A DNA stretch of 64,000 nt from an uncultured Candidatus Micrarchaeota archaeon (GTDB taxonomy: Archaea; Micrarchaeota; Micrarchaeia; Anstonellales; Bilamarchaeaceae), in NCBI GenBank assembly GCA_963804385.1, contig CAWDQD010000007.1, forward strand, positions 100 through 64,099. The letters run 5' to 3'. Each line of letters opens with the position of its first letter. The first letter of the stretch is position 1. The position numbers were made by a program, and so were the translations under genes. Positions 8,105 to 17,690 of the stretch are shown here, piece after piece. The notes under the pieces are model-generated. The model saw only the letters and a program-made list of their open reading frames with translations. It was not told the DNA's origin and ran no database searches.

Positions 8105-8833
8105 TTAGGGCCGAACGATCCCCAACATCTCTCCCAGCCGTTTATGCCATGGCTTTTCGGAGGTGTTGGGTTCGGTGACTTCCATCGCCACCCCGAGAGG
8201 ATCGTCGGTCCGGTTATCCGCCAAGATGGTCAGTCTGAAGTCCCCATGCGGATCATAGGCGCGGGCAAGAGGCACCACTCCATTGCCAATCGACCTGCGA
8301 AGTATCCTTTTCTCCAGTTCTGCCCGGCACTCGCGATCAAGCGGGATTCCGGTCTCTTCATCCACCTTTCCAGAAGACGCATCTTTCTGAATGAAAGGGT
8401 ACATTACCGTGATTGAAGCAGGGATGACCACGATCCTGCCGCCTTCTTCTCTGAGATCCTCCGGATCGACCATCAGACCCATCCCACGTTCGCTGAACGT
8501 TCCCCTTCTGAAAAGATCCGTCTTGAGGTATTTTTGTTCCAGATACTCGGCTGGTAGACACCAGTGCGTATCAGAATCGAAGACATCCTTCCCCTTTATG
8601 AACTCCAATCCTGGCGCCGGATACACGAGCACTTCCCTTGCCCATGCCCAATGCGGCATCCGTTCCTCGAGCGAATATGGCCATGCAGACCTCCATTTGT
8701 TCGTCCTGACCAGATAGTCGTCATGCAATACATTGGATGCCAGTTTTTTGCCCCTATCTGCTGCCAATTTCCGTGCATCTAGATAGCCGGCCCGGTGGTC
8801 TAAGAACACGATTTTTTTCGAATTAACGGTCAT
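8105..8833 (-). CDS. hypothetical protein
   Basis: 242-aa ORF, 9 nt downstream of the preceding minus-strand gene (operon-like). No recognised motif. Confidence 0.5.
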   Translation of the reverse strand: MTVNSKKIVFLDHRAGYLDARKLAADRGKKLASNVLHDDYLVRTNKWRSAWPYSLEERMPHWAWAREVLVYPAPGLEFIKGKDVFDSDTHWCLPAEYLEQKYLKTDLFRRGTFSERGMGLMVDPEDLREEGGRIVVIPASITVMYPFIQKDASSGKVDEETGIPLDRECRAELEKRILRRSIGNGVVPLARAYDPHGDFRLTILADNRTDDPLGVAMEVTEPNTSEKPWHKRLGEMLGIVRP

Positions 8834-8842
8834 GATATCACC

Positions 8843-9571
8843 TCATAAAGCGTTACCTATGATCTCGAGCAGCTGCTCGTGGAGGCCCGGCTTCGCAGCC
8901 ACTACGTTAGTGGATTCGTTGTCGAGCGCCTTGCCCCTGCTGTCGGTGACCATTATCTTCGCTTCTTCCATCATGAGATAGCCGCCTACATGCGAAGGGT
9001 CTATGCAAGGCGAGACATACCCGTCCACCTTCCCGCGGATCAATGACATGAAAGCCTCTGCCGGAGAACCGAAATTCTGCCACTCCACTTCGTTCTCTAT
9101 CAAAGCCTGGATGACCCAACCGACCTGCTCTTTCCCATCGTAGACCAGGTGGTCGCAGCGGACTATGGCACCATGCAGTTCATCGCGTTCAGGCACGACT
9201 ATCTTCGAATCGTTGTAATACGCCCCCTTTCCCCTCTCAGCGACCACGAACTCCCCATGCTTGGGCAGGAAGATCGCCCCGAGCTGCGGTTCGCCCTCAT
9301 ACATGAGCGCCGCCATCAACCCATATGGGCCATGGTGCCTCGAGAAGTTGATCGAAGAATCCAGCGGGCACAGCACGACGCTCTGGTCGGAACGCCCTCC
9401 GTTCCATTCGCTTATCTGCGGCATGGCGCGCCGCAACTCATTCATCATCCTGTTGCGGCATCCCTTCTCGATCTCGCCGACCTTTCTATGCTCTGGCGCG
9501 GATATCAGGTAGCTCCCGCCTTCATGGACCGATCTGGTCATGGCGGCACGAATGTTTCTATCAAGATTCAC
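8843..9571 (-). CDS. inositol monophosphatase / FBPase-family protein, divergent
   Basis: CPLDSSINF sits at the position of the canonical DPIDGTxNF motif. C-terminal FGSPAEAFMSLIRGKVDGYVS resembles the family G-S-x-A...G-x-x-D-x-Y segment. Metal-site residues look degenerate. Confidence 0.55.
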   Translation of the reverse strand: MNLDRNIRAAMTRSVHEGGSYLISAPEHRKVGEIEKGCRNRMMNELRRAMPQISEWNGGRSDQSVVLCPLDSSINFSRHHGPYGLMAALMYEGEPQLGAIFLPKHGEFVVAERGKGAYYNDSKIVVPERDELHGAIVRCDHLVYDGKEQVGWVIQALIENEVEWQNFGSPAEAFMSLIRGKVDGYVSPCIDPSHVGGYLMMEEAKIMVTDSRGKALDNESTNVVAAKPGLHEQLLEIIGNAL

Positions 9572-9603
9572 ATCGTGATATTAAATAAAACAATTTATAT
9601 TCA

Positions 9604-10524
9604 TTAGGCTATCGTGCTGTCGGCGAAGACGCTCGCGCCATCAAGGTAGATGTTGCGTATTGACATCTTTCCTTCGAAGTGGTATTTGTACGATGCCGCG
9701 GCCTTGTCCAGGCAAGGGTACTCCTCCTTGACCATCGTGCTAATCATATTCTCGAAGCCTAGCCTCTCGAATTCCCGGAAAACCGTCGCGGCGAGGAACG
9801 AGCAATATGGCGCGCCGTTAGGATTGGTGATGGTCACTGCCTGAGGAGAGAGCTGCGGCCTTCTGCTGAATGTGTCGACTATGCTCGAAGGTACGATCGC
9901 CCTTCTTCGGCCTGAGGGCTCGCTTTGTATATCTTCAGCATGCTTCACCCTGCCCGTCCTGAGAGCTTTTGCCGCCAGGTTCTGGGCGAAACTTTCGAAG
10001 ATCACGATTAGTTTCGCGGTCCCTCCTGCTGCGATGCGATTCCTGATGCCGTTGAATTCCCTGGCCGTCTCCTTCTCCGTCCTTCGGAAATCGCGGTTGA
10101 AGAAATAAGTCGGCTTGCTAGTCATGCCTGCCGCAGCCAGCAGGGCGCGGACCTCTACCGGAATCTCGTAACCTTTTTTGAACGCCCGCTCCTCAGCAAG
10201 GCTTTGGAATGTTTCCGGCGCTATGTCGTTAGGTACCAGCAGTACGGCTGGCGGCCATACTCCGGCATCGACGCATCTCTTGTAGATCCGCGCGCAAAAC
10301 TCTATCGTCATGAGCATTCCCTCTCCAAGGAGGCGCGAGTCTCCGCTCTCGATGTTCGGCCCTTCCCGCACCACATAGTTTCCGGTCTGTATTAGCGTCT
10401 GCTTTAAGTCGCAGCTTTTCACTATGCTATCCAGCATGGCCTCCTCGTTCTGGTAGCCTGGGGAAGGCACTATCCGTGAAGACTGGACTTTTGCGACCAG
10501 TCTGTTTTGCACACACATAGTCAT
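9604..10524 (-). CDS. hypothetical protein
   Basis: 306-aa ORF, first gene of the minus-strand trio 10524->8105. AT-rich divergent promoter region 10525-10599. Confidence 0.5.
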   Translation of the reverse strand: MTMCVQNRLVAKVQSSRIVPSPGYQNEEAMLDSIVKSCDLKQTLIQTGNYVVREGPNIESGDSRLLGEGMLMTIEFCARIYKRCVDAGVWPPAVLLVPNDIAPETFQSLAEERAFKKGYEIPVEVRALLAAAGMTSKPTYFFNRDFRRTEKETAREFNGIRNRIAAGGTAKLIVIFESFAQNLAAKALRTGRVKHAEDIQSEPSGRRRAIVPSSIVDTFSRRPQLSPQAVTITNPNGAPYCSFLAATVFREFERLGFENMISTMVKEEYPCLDKAAASYKYHFEGKMSIRNIYLDGASVFADSTIA

Positions 10525-10599
10525 TAATTGACATTATTTCTTATATTAAATATACTAAAAGATTTTCAGCGAAAAATGGATATAATTAAATAAAATTCC

Positions 10600-11583
10600 A
10601 TGAATTACATAATAATGAAAGAAAACCTCGACAAAATAGACATGCGCCTGCTCTACGAGCTGGATTGGGATGCGCGCCAATCCGAGACCGCAATAGCTAA
10701 AAAAATCGGACGCTCGCGCGAGACCGTCCGCTATCGCATCTCGCAACTGGAGAAACGCGGCATCATCTCCGGCTATGCGACCTGGTTGAACGTCTCGAAG
10801 CTCGGCTACCAAGGCTACAAGATATACCTCAAGATAGGCGGCAGCGAGGAAGAGAGGGAAGGGTTTTTCGATGAACTGAAGAAGCGCGCGGACCTGTTCT
10901 GGTTGGGAACCGCGGACGGCGCATGGGACGTGGGATTGACATTCTTCGCGAAAGACAACCGGGACTTCTTCGAGAAGAAGAACGAGCTGTTCTCGAGATA
11001 CAGCCGCATAATCCTCCAGAAATTCACCGGCATCGCAGTCGTTGCATATGCGTATCCCCAAAAGGTCTTCTATCCGGAGCCGAAAGACTACTACTACATG
11101 TTCGGCAGGATAGAGGAGAATGAACTGGACATGATGGACCGGAAGATCCTGTCATCGCTTTTGCACGACTCCAAGATGAAGCTGGTCAAGCTCGCGGGCG
11201 AGGCGGGGACCACCGTTGATATAGCTAGAAGCAGGATGAAGAAACTCGAGGACAAGGGCGTCATCGTCTGCTACACCGCCGTGATAGATTACCAGAAGCT
11301 CGGACTGGAGTTCTACAAGGCGTTCCTGTATTTCGATTCCTTCTCGGAAGACGATGAGAAGAAACTGTTCGAGATCGCCAAGCAGGACCAAAACATCCTG
11401 CACGTCGTGACGGTCATCGCACCCTGGGACATCGAGCTGGAGATAATGGTGGAGGATTACCAGAAGTTCAATTCCATAATGCGGAGGCTCAAGGCCGAAT
11501 TCCCTTCCTTGCGCAACATCGAGACCGCGACCATGTGGGGCGATTTCGTCTTCCCGGCCAAAGGGACGATAATGAAGCTATGA
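10600..11583 (+). CDS. tandem (double) Lrp/AsnC-family transcriptional regulator
   Basis: Two HTH_AsnC modules: MRLLYELDWDARQSETAIAKKIGRSRETVRYRISQLEKRGIISGY and DRKILSSLLHDSKMKLVKLAGEAGTTVDIARSRMKKLEDKGVIVCY. Each is followed by an effector-type domain. Confidence 0.8.
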   Translation: MNYIIMKENLDKIDMRLLYELDWDARQSETAIAKKIGRSRETVRYRISQLEKRGIISGYATWLNVSKLGYQGYKIYLKIGGSEEEREGFFDELKKRADLFWLGTADGAWDVGLTFFAKDNRDFFEKKNELFSRYSRIILQKFTGIAVVAYAYPQKVFYPEPKDYYYMFGRIEENELDMMDRKILSSLLHDSKMKLVKLAGEAGTTVDIARSRMKKLEDKGVIVCYTAVIDYQKLGLEFYKAFLYFDSFSEDDEKKLFEIAKQDQNILHVVTVIAPWDIELEIMVEDYQKFNSIMRRLKAEFPSLRNIETATMWGDFVFPAKGTIMKL

Positions 11584-12129
11584 TTGCGCGTACCGGACCC
11601 GCATCTCGACGTCCTTCACTCTCTTCAGCACGCTTGACGCCTTGGCATACGAGCTGTAGCCCTTGATGAACCTCTCTTTCTTATCCGGAATCATCCTGAG
11701 CATGGTGAAGACGTCCACGGCCTTGTCCTCTATGTCGTTTGAGATGAAGCCCAGGCCGAAGTCTATGACATAGAATGTTTTCCCGTCAGTCAACAGATTG
11801 GCGGGAGTGAAATCCCCGTGGATTATATCCGCGGCATGGAGCTTCGCGAGCAATGCGCCGGCCTTCTCGCAATCCGACGCGTCCATTATCGGCCGCTCGC
11901 CATCTATCCTCTCCATCACTATGTCGAATTCGTCCACTTCCAGGACCGTAGGGCACGGGACCCCGGCGAGTTTCGCCTTGTTCAATAGCCGCGCCTCCAT
12001 TTTTGTCCTTTCAGAGCGCAGCCTGGAATCCAATTCCTTGATGCGGTAGCCTTTGGCTATCCGGCTCTTGATGAGCGCGTCCCTGCCGATGACCTTCGTC
12101 CTTGTCAGTACGGCTTCCGCGCCTTTCAT
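11578..12129 (-). CDS. bud32: KEOPS complex kinase Bud32 (PRPK)
   Basis: 183 aa from MKGAEAVL. Kinase motifs HGDFTPANLL and VIDFGLG. ATGA overlap with the stop of the upstream M50 gene at 12126-12129. The long N-terminal extension in the ORF track is rejected. Confidence 0.8.
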   Translation of the reverse strand: MKGAEAVLTRTKVIGRDALIKSRIAKGYRIKELDSRLRSERTKMEARLLNKAKLAGVPCPTVLEVDEFDIVMERIDGERPIMDASDCEKAGALLAKLHAADIIHGDFTPANLLTDGKTFYVIDFGLGFISNDIEDKAVDVFTMLRMIPDKKERFIKGYSSYAKASSVLKRVKDVEMRVRYAQS

Positions 12130-12878
12130 TGGTTCAGCCTCTTGCCCATGTCCCCGAAGAGCAGGAACGAGAGCAGGCCGAAGAACAGCAGCAGGATGAC
12201 CCATCCGATGACGATCTCCCAGCCTATGACCATGATCCCTACATAGAACAGGAGCAGTATGAACGCAACCCAGGCGGGCTTGCTCCACGCGAAGACCTTG
12301 CTCCCGTCGAGGGGGAACGCGGGTATCATGTTGAAGAGCGCGAGCATTATATTCATCGCGGCGCCGAACCACCATACCTGGAGCACGCCGTTCGATATCC
12401 CGTAGCCAGCTAGGTCTGTCCCGTTGGGGAGCAGGAAGCTGTACGACTGCCGGATCGGCGCGAGGAACTGCAGGCCGATGAAGACCCCGGCTATGACCAG
12501 GTTGAGCATCGGGCCTGCCAGGGAGATTATCCCGTTCTGGCGCTTGTTGATGTTGTTCGAGTAGATGTAGACCGCTCCGGGGGCCGCGAACAGCACGCCG
12601 AAGATCGATCCTATGAGCATGATGACGAGGCCCTGCACCCACATCCTGAACCTCGCCTGCGCGCCATAGTACATGGCCACGAGCTTGTGGGACATCTCAT
12701 GCAGGATGAATCCGCTCCCGACCGTCACGAGCAGCGGGACTATGAACACGAGGAATTCCAAGGGATGGCTGAGCAGGCCCTCGGGGCTCGCGAAGACTAG
12801 CGCGAACGCGAACGATATGGCTATGACACTGATGGCTATCTGGAATATCTCATCCCTCTCAAGGTTGATGCCGTACAA
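12126..12878 (-). CDS. site-2 protease family (M50) membrane metalloprotease
   Basis: HEMSHKL (HExxH) within a TM helix, plus FNMIPAFPLDG (NxxPxxxLDG). Multi-pass membrane protein. Confidence 0.8.
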   Translation of the reverse strand: MYGINLERDEIFQIAISVIAISFAFALVFASPEGLLSHPLEFLVFIVPLLVTVGSGFILHEMSHKLVAMYYGAQARFRMWVQGLVIMLIGSIFGVLFAAPGAVYIYSNNINKRQNGIISLAGPMLNLVIAGVFIGLQFLAPIRQSYSFLLPNGTDLAGYGISNGVLQVWWFGAAMNIMLALFNMIPAFPLDGSKVFAWSKPAWVAFILLLFYVGIMVIGWEIVIGWVILLLFFGLLSFLLFGDMGKRLNQ

Positions 12879-12891
12879 TTTCCCATCTCCG

Positions 12892-13293
12892 TTATTCTAT
12901 CAATCTCTCCTGGCCTGGCGCCAGCTTCTCCTCGTATATGAGCTTGACCTTCGGCGGGCTTATTATCCCGGTGTAGCTCTCTATCAGCCCGAGGACCTCG
13001 GAGCCGTTGTCGAGCCTGACCTTTATCTTCTGGTTCTTCCTCCCGTCAGCCGCCGCAGTGCCCATCTTCCCGATCAGGCTCGGTATCGCGGAATCAGGCA
13101 CCACGGACACGGCGTCGCCGTTCTTGATCCCCCTTATCTCGGGATAGAAAGCGACTATGCCGACAGATGCCACTGTGCCGATGGCTATGAGTTTCGCCGT
13201 CTCGAGCATGCCGACCGCTGGCGCGAGCCCGAAGTAGAGCAGCGGCGCGCATATGGCGATCAGCATAAGCTTCCCGAACAGCATTATCCTCAT
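12892..13293 (-). CDS. small membrane protein, hypothetical
   Basis: 133-aa ORF with two N-terminal TM segments and a soluble beta-rich C-terminus. Sits between Cdc48 and the M50 protease in the same operon. Confidence 0.5.
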   Translation of the reverse strand: MRIMLFGKLMLIAICAPLLYFGLAPAVGMLETAKLIAIGTVASVGIVAFYPEIRGIKNGDAVSVVPDSAIPSLIGKMGTAAADGRKNQKIKVRLDNGSEVLGLIESYTGIISPPKVKLIYEEKLAPGQERLIE

Positions 13294-13297
13294 GTCT

Positions 13298-15445
13298 TCA
13301 CCTGTACATCGTGGCGGCGCTCATCTTGAATTTCTGGACGCTCTCCACGTCCTCCTTCTTTATCGTGGGGACTATGGATTTGAACGAGGCCTCGAAATGC
13401 TTGATGGCGACCTTCTTGGCGCCTTCCCTTATCGCGGCCATCCCGGCTTCACGCACCAGGTTCTCTATGTCCGCTCCTGTATATCCATCTGTATTCTTGG
13501 AAAGGTCTTTTAGAATGACGTCCTTCTCCAGCGGCATCTTGGAGGTGCATATCTTGAATATCTCCATCCTCGCAGCCTCGTCAGGTGGCGGGATCTCTAT
13601 CAGCCTATCGAACCTGCCGGAGCGGATCAACGCCGCGTCCAGCATGTCCGGCCTGTTCGTCGCCGCTATCACTATGACGTTCTTCAGGCTGCGCAGGCCG
13701 TCCATCTCGACGAGTATCCCGTTCACGATGTCCTCGTGGATTATCGAAGGGCTGTTGGACGAGCGCGACCTGGCTATGGTGTCTATCTCGTCTATGAAGA
13801 TGATGCTCGGGGCCGCTGTCCTCGCTTTCCTGAAAAGCTCCCTTGTGCGCTTGGCCGATTCGCCGACATGCGCGTGCATCAGGTCCGAGCCCTTGGTGGC
13901 GATGAAATTGACCTCGCTCTCGTTCGCGACCGCTTTGGCCAGCAATGTCTTCCCGGTTCCCGGCGGGCCGTAGAGCAGTATCCCCTTTATCGGGCGGATG
14001 CCTATCCTCTCGAACAGCTCGGGCTTCTTGAGCGGCATCTCCACAGCCTCCTGCAGCTCGCTCTTCACCTGGACCAGGCCGCCGATGTCCTCCCATTTCA
14101 CGGACGGCCGCTCCACGTAGAACTCGCGCAGCGCGGATGGCTGTATCTCGTGCATTGCGTTGAAGAAGTCCTCGCGCGTGACGCTCAGGCGCTCTAGTAT
14201 CTCGGACGATATCGTCTCCTCCTGGATGTTGATCGCGGGGAGCACCCTTCTCAGGGATTTTATCGCGGCTTCCTTGGATAGGAGCGAGAGGTCGGCACCA
14301 GTGTATCCGTGGGTCACGGCGGCTATCTCAGCGACGTTCACGTCCTTGTCGAGCGGCATGTTCCTGACCTGGATGTTCATTATCTCGTTCCTGCCCTGCT
14401 TGTCCGGCACGCCGATCTCTATCTCGCGGTCGAACCTTCCGGGCCTGCGCAACGCCGGGTCTATCGTGTCCTGCCTGTTGGTGGCTCCGATGACTATCAC
14501 TTCGCCCCTGGCTTTCAGGCCATCCATTATCGTGAGGAGCTGGGAGACCATCCTTTTTTCGACTTCCCCGATGACCTCCTCCCGTTTCGGGGCGATCGCG
14601 TCTATCTCGTCTATGAATATTATCGATGGCGCGTTCTCCTGTGCTTCAGCGAACAGTTTCCTGAGCCTCTCTTCGCTCTCTCCCACGTATTTGCTGATTA
14701 TCTCGGGCCCCCCGACATAATAGAAGTTAGCGTCGCTCTCGTTCGCGACCGCTTTGGCCAGGAGCGTCTTCCCGGTTCCGGGCGGACCATAGAGCAGGAT
14801 GCCTTTCGGCGGGTCTATGCCCAATCTTTCGAATATCTCGGGATGGCGCAATGGCAGCTCGATCATCTCGCGGACCTTTTGTATGGTGTCCTTGAGCCCG
14901 CCTACATCGTCGTACGTGATGTTCGGGACGTTCTTGATGTCCTTCATGGGCTCGCGGTTTATCTTTATCTCCGTCTCTTCAGTGATCATGACCGGGCCCT
15001 GCGGGAACACCTGCGTGACTACGAGCGGGATGGAGGTGCCGAATATGCCGACCGGGAGGAGATTCCCTTTGAGTATGGGTTTTCCTATCAATCTCTTCTT
15101 GACGTACTGGTCGAATCCCACCGAATAGCGGACCGCCTCCTGCGGCGCGAGCACTATCTTCTTCGCGACCTTGGTCTGCACCTGCTCGATGCGGACCTTT
15201 TCCCCAAGTCCGACGCCCACGTTCTGCCTGAGGATGCCGTCCATCCTTATCATTTCGAGGCCATCGTCGTCTGGGTGCGCCTGCCATACTATGGCGAGGG
15301 CGGATTTCTTCCCGATGAGCTTGATTATGTCCCCTGTCGAGACGCCCAGCTCGCTCTTGGCCTTGGAGTCTATCCTGGCGATTCCCCGTCCGATATCGTT
15401 CTGGAACGCTTCCGCAACCTTGAGATTCGACGCCATTTCAACCAC
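13298..15445 (-). CDS. cdc48: Cdc48/VCP/p97-type AAA+ ATPase (two AAA domains)
   Basis: 715 aa. N-domain start [20 protein letters not shown]. Two Walker A sites [17 protein letters not shown] and two Walker B sites IIFIDEID. Confidence 0.95.
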   Translation of the reverse strand: MVEMASNLKVAEAFQNDIGRGIARIDSKAKSELGVSTGDIIKLIGKKSALAIVWQAHPDDDGLEMIRMDGILRQNVGVGLGEKVRIEQVQTKVAKKIVLAPQEAVRYSVGFDQYVKKRLIGKPILKGNLLPVGIFGTSIPLVVTQVFPQGPVMITEETEIKINREPMKDIKNVPNITYDDVGGLKDTIQKVREMIELPLRHPEIFERLGIDPPKGILLYGPPGTGKTLLAKAVANESDANFYYVGGPEIISKYVGESEERLRKLFAEAQENAPSIIFIDEIDAIAPKREEVIGEVEKRMVSQLLTIMDGLKARGEVIVIGATNRQDTIDPALRRPGRFDREIEIGVPDKQGRNEIMNIQVRNMPLDKDVNVAEIAAVTHGYTGADLSLLSKEAAIKSLRRVLPAINIQEETISSEILERLSVTREDFFNAMHEIQPSALREFYVERPSVKWEDIGGLVQVKSELQEAVEMPLKKPELFERIGIRPIKGILLYGPPGTGKTLLAKAVANESEVNFIATKGSDLMHAHVGESAKRTRELFRKARTAAPSIIFIDEIDTIARSRSSNSPSIIHEDIVNGILVEMDGLRSLKNVIVIAATNRPDMLDAALIRSGRFDRLIEIPPPDEAARMEIFKICTSKMPLEKDVILKDLSKNTDGYTGADIENLVREAGMAAIREGAKKVAIKHFEASFKSIVPTIKKEDVESVQKFKMSAATMYR

Positions 15446-16361
15446 CTATCACTATCTGCCCGTCCTTCTCCTCCGCCTTCACTGCTACTTTCGTGTTTAT
15501 CAGCGCATGCTTTTTAAGGCTCACAATCGTCGAGAGGGCGATATCGTCCGCCGCCTCGACCCGTATGAGCCGCAGCGCGTTCCTCCGATCCAGGCTCAAT
15601 GTCCTCTCGCCGACCTTCGCGATGAGCTTCTCCCCCTCGCATTCGAGCGTCTTTATCTGGCCGATCAGCATCTCCTTGGTCCTGCGCATGTGCATGCGTG
15701 ATGAACCGTCTATGAGCAGTCTCCCTTCTTTGACCTGCGCGCCTTCGAGGATCACTTCGTCCCCTTCGCGCAGTTTCGCAACCCGCTCTTCATTGACGAT
15801 GCACTCCGTCTCGCTCTTCCCGTCGCTGAGGGTGAAGCTGGACGGTCCGGAGACCTTGGACACGAAGCCCCGCACGTGCGCCCTCTCGCCTTCGATGAGG
15901 CTTCCGAGCTCCGAGAACGTCGCGTGTTTCGAGACCTCTATCCTTCCGCTGTATCCCAGGTGCATCTCGCCGTTGCTCTCGTACGCGCCCTTCACCATTA
16001 TCTCGTCCTTGAGCCGGATCCCTTTGCCGAGCTCGGTGTCCTGGTTCCAGAGCACGAGCGGCACCGTGGTCCCATCCGCGGATACTTCGACGACTCTCGA
16101 GCGTTTCCCGGAAGCGTAAGTCGCGACCGGCCATATCCTGGAGATCTCTGCCCGAAACGTGACCTTCTTGGCCCCGCGCGGTATCTGGCCGAGTATGTAT
16201 TCTTTTTCTTCCTCAGCTTTGAGGAGACCCTTCTCCTTAGCGATCAGTCTGAGCGCCACCTCCCGCGTGAGCAGCCCCTGGAACGATTTGATCCTTTCGG
16301 CTATCTGCGATTCCAGCTCCTCTTTCGGAAGCGATTTGAGCAGCTCTGCCTCAAGGTCCAT
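15438..16361 (-). CDS. OB-fold-like hypothetical protein (possible RPA-like ssDNA-binding protein)
   Basis: 307-aa ORF overlapping the Cdc48 start by 8 nt. Repeated beta-rich segments (VTFRAEISRIWPV..., AHVRGFVSKVSGP...) are reminiscent of OB folds. Weak call. Confidence 0.4.
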   Translation of the reverse strand: MDLEAELLKSLPKEELESQIAERIKSFQGLLTREVALRLIAKEKGLLKAEEEKEYILGQIPRGAKKVTFRAEISRIWPVATYASGKRSRVVEVSADGTTVPLVLWNQDTELGKGIRLKDEIMVKGAYESNGEMHLGYSGRIEVSKHATFSELGSLIEGERAHVRGFVSKVSGPSSFTLSDGKSETECIVNEERVAKLREGDEVILEGAQVKEGRLLIDGSSRMHMRRTKEMLIGQIKTLECEGEKLIAKVGERTLSLDRRNALRLIRVEAADDIALSTIVSLKKHALINTKVAVKAEEKDGQIVIGG

Positions 16362-16476
16362 GCATTAGATAGCCAGATTAGGGATAAAATGCTGCTCCTT
16401 CTAGTTATGACCGTGTTCATCCCAATCAATGAATATTTAGCATGATTAACCACTAAAATTAACATTTAAAAAGCCT

Positions 16477-17628
16477 TTGGAGCACAATATATGTATGGCA
16501 AGCGACTCAGCAGAATCCCTGGCCCAGTCCTATCTCGATAAGCATAAAACACCCGATCTCTTAGTCGGACTTGGGCCTGTTTTAGGCGATGGCATCAGTT
16601 TATACGCCGGAGCTTCTGCGATGATTGACGGGTCGCTCCATTTGACGTTCGATGAGACAAAATACGTGGATTGCAGGGTCATCGCAGAAAGGATGTACTC
16701 TGATATCCTGGCTCATAACCCAGAACTGAAACCAAGGATCGTGATGCAGGACGGAAGGCTTCAGAATTGGGTCGAGATCACTGATCCGCAGGATGGCAGG
16801 ACCATCCAGATCGATGCGACCCCTTGGTACGGCAGCCTGAACCCTGGGCTGGTAGGTAAAGAGAGCAACAGTCTCCATTCGATTGATGGCAGCGAGTTGC
16901 AAAAAGACCGGGGTCCGATACTATCCGTGAAAAGGACGGATGTCGGTGTGATAACAATCAGTCTCGCAGGATATTTGCCTAAAGTTGCGGCTAAAGAGAA
17001 ACTCGCTCAAATAAGGAAGCTTCAATCGTATGCAATAACCGATGATAAACCCCAACCAGAATATTCATTCGTTCTCAGCGCGATTTACAGGCGCGGTTTC
17101 ATACCGGCAGACCCGGAATTCGGAATCAACGTATACATCGATGTCATGGACTCCGCGAAATTGCAGAGATGCATCCAAAACGCTCATTGTATCGAGGATC
17201 TCGTAAAAGCCGGTGCGGTTGAGATTGGCACTATGTTCTCTATGGAAATGAAATTGCCAATGCCCATGGAAACGATAAGCCTTATGAGCAATTCTTCTGA
17301 AAAAAGAGAAGTCACTGAAGAGATAACACGGAATCTGCCTGGGATTATGGAGCTGCTCAGGCAAGCGACCCCCGTTCTGCCGGTTTACGGAAAAGGGGGC
17401 CGGGTCGAAGTGAAGTATGGCATAATGCACAACTCAAATGAATACCGTGACCTCAGACTCCCCTCGGGCTTCAACAAGAATCCATCTGTTTTCAGCGGTT
17501 TAATCATTCCGGAAGCAGGTATGCGATCGGATTACGCGAACTACCTAAGGAATCTGAAATTCAAAAGCCCCATCATCATTCATAAAGAATCTCTTGACGC
17601 ACCCTTGAAAGGCAGGCAGACGGGATAA
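16477..17628 (+). CDS. hypothetical protein (possible degenerate transglutaminase-like core)
   Basis: 383-aa ORF (alternative start MASDSAE at 16495). DCRVIAERMYSDIL and NWVEITDPQDGRTIQIDATPW loosely resemble the Cys and His/Asp segments of transglutaminase-like proteases, but the His position is Asn. Confidence 0.45.
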   Translation: MEHNICMASDSAESLAQSYLDKHKTPDLLVGLGPVLGDGISLYAGASAMIDGSLHLTFDETKYVDCRVIAERMYSDILAHNPELKPRIVMQDGRLQNWVEITDPQDGRTIQIDATPWYGSLNPGLVGKESNSLHSIDGSELQKDRGPILSVKRTDVGVITISLAGYLPKVAAKEKLAQIRKLQSYAITDDKPQPEYSFVLSAIYRRGFIPADPEFGINVYIDVMDSAKLQRCIQNAHCIEDLVKAGAVEIGTMFSMEMKLPMPMETISLMSNSSEKREVTEEITRNLPGIMELLRQATPVLPVYGKGGRVEVKYGIMHNSNEYRDLRLPSGFNKNPSVFSGLIIPEAGMRSDYANYLRNLKFKSPIIIHKESLDAPLKGRQTG

Positions 17629-17690
17629 ACCAAACGCCAATGCGTGCGTCCAGGTCAACTTTCTTTAACCTCTCCCGCCATAGATAATCC

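Noticed and set aside
12130-12642. 171-codon N-terminal extension of the Bud32 ORF (11578..12642)
   Set aside because: The extension overlaps the M50 protease gene in another frame and is Arg/Pro-rich nonsense. Bud32 homology begins at MKGAEAVL, which forms an ATGA overlap with the M50 stop.
14309-15517. 402-aa plus-strand ORF, and others at 13311..13973 and 14160..14720
   Set aside because: They are antisense to the Cdc48 gene, whose double Walker A/B motifs are unambiguous. No motifs, biased composition.
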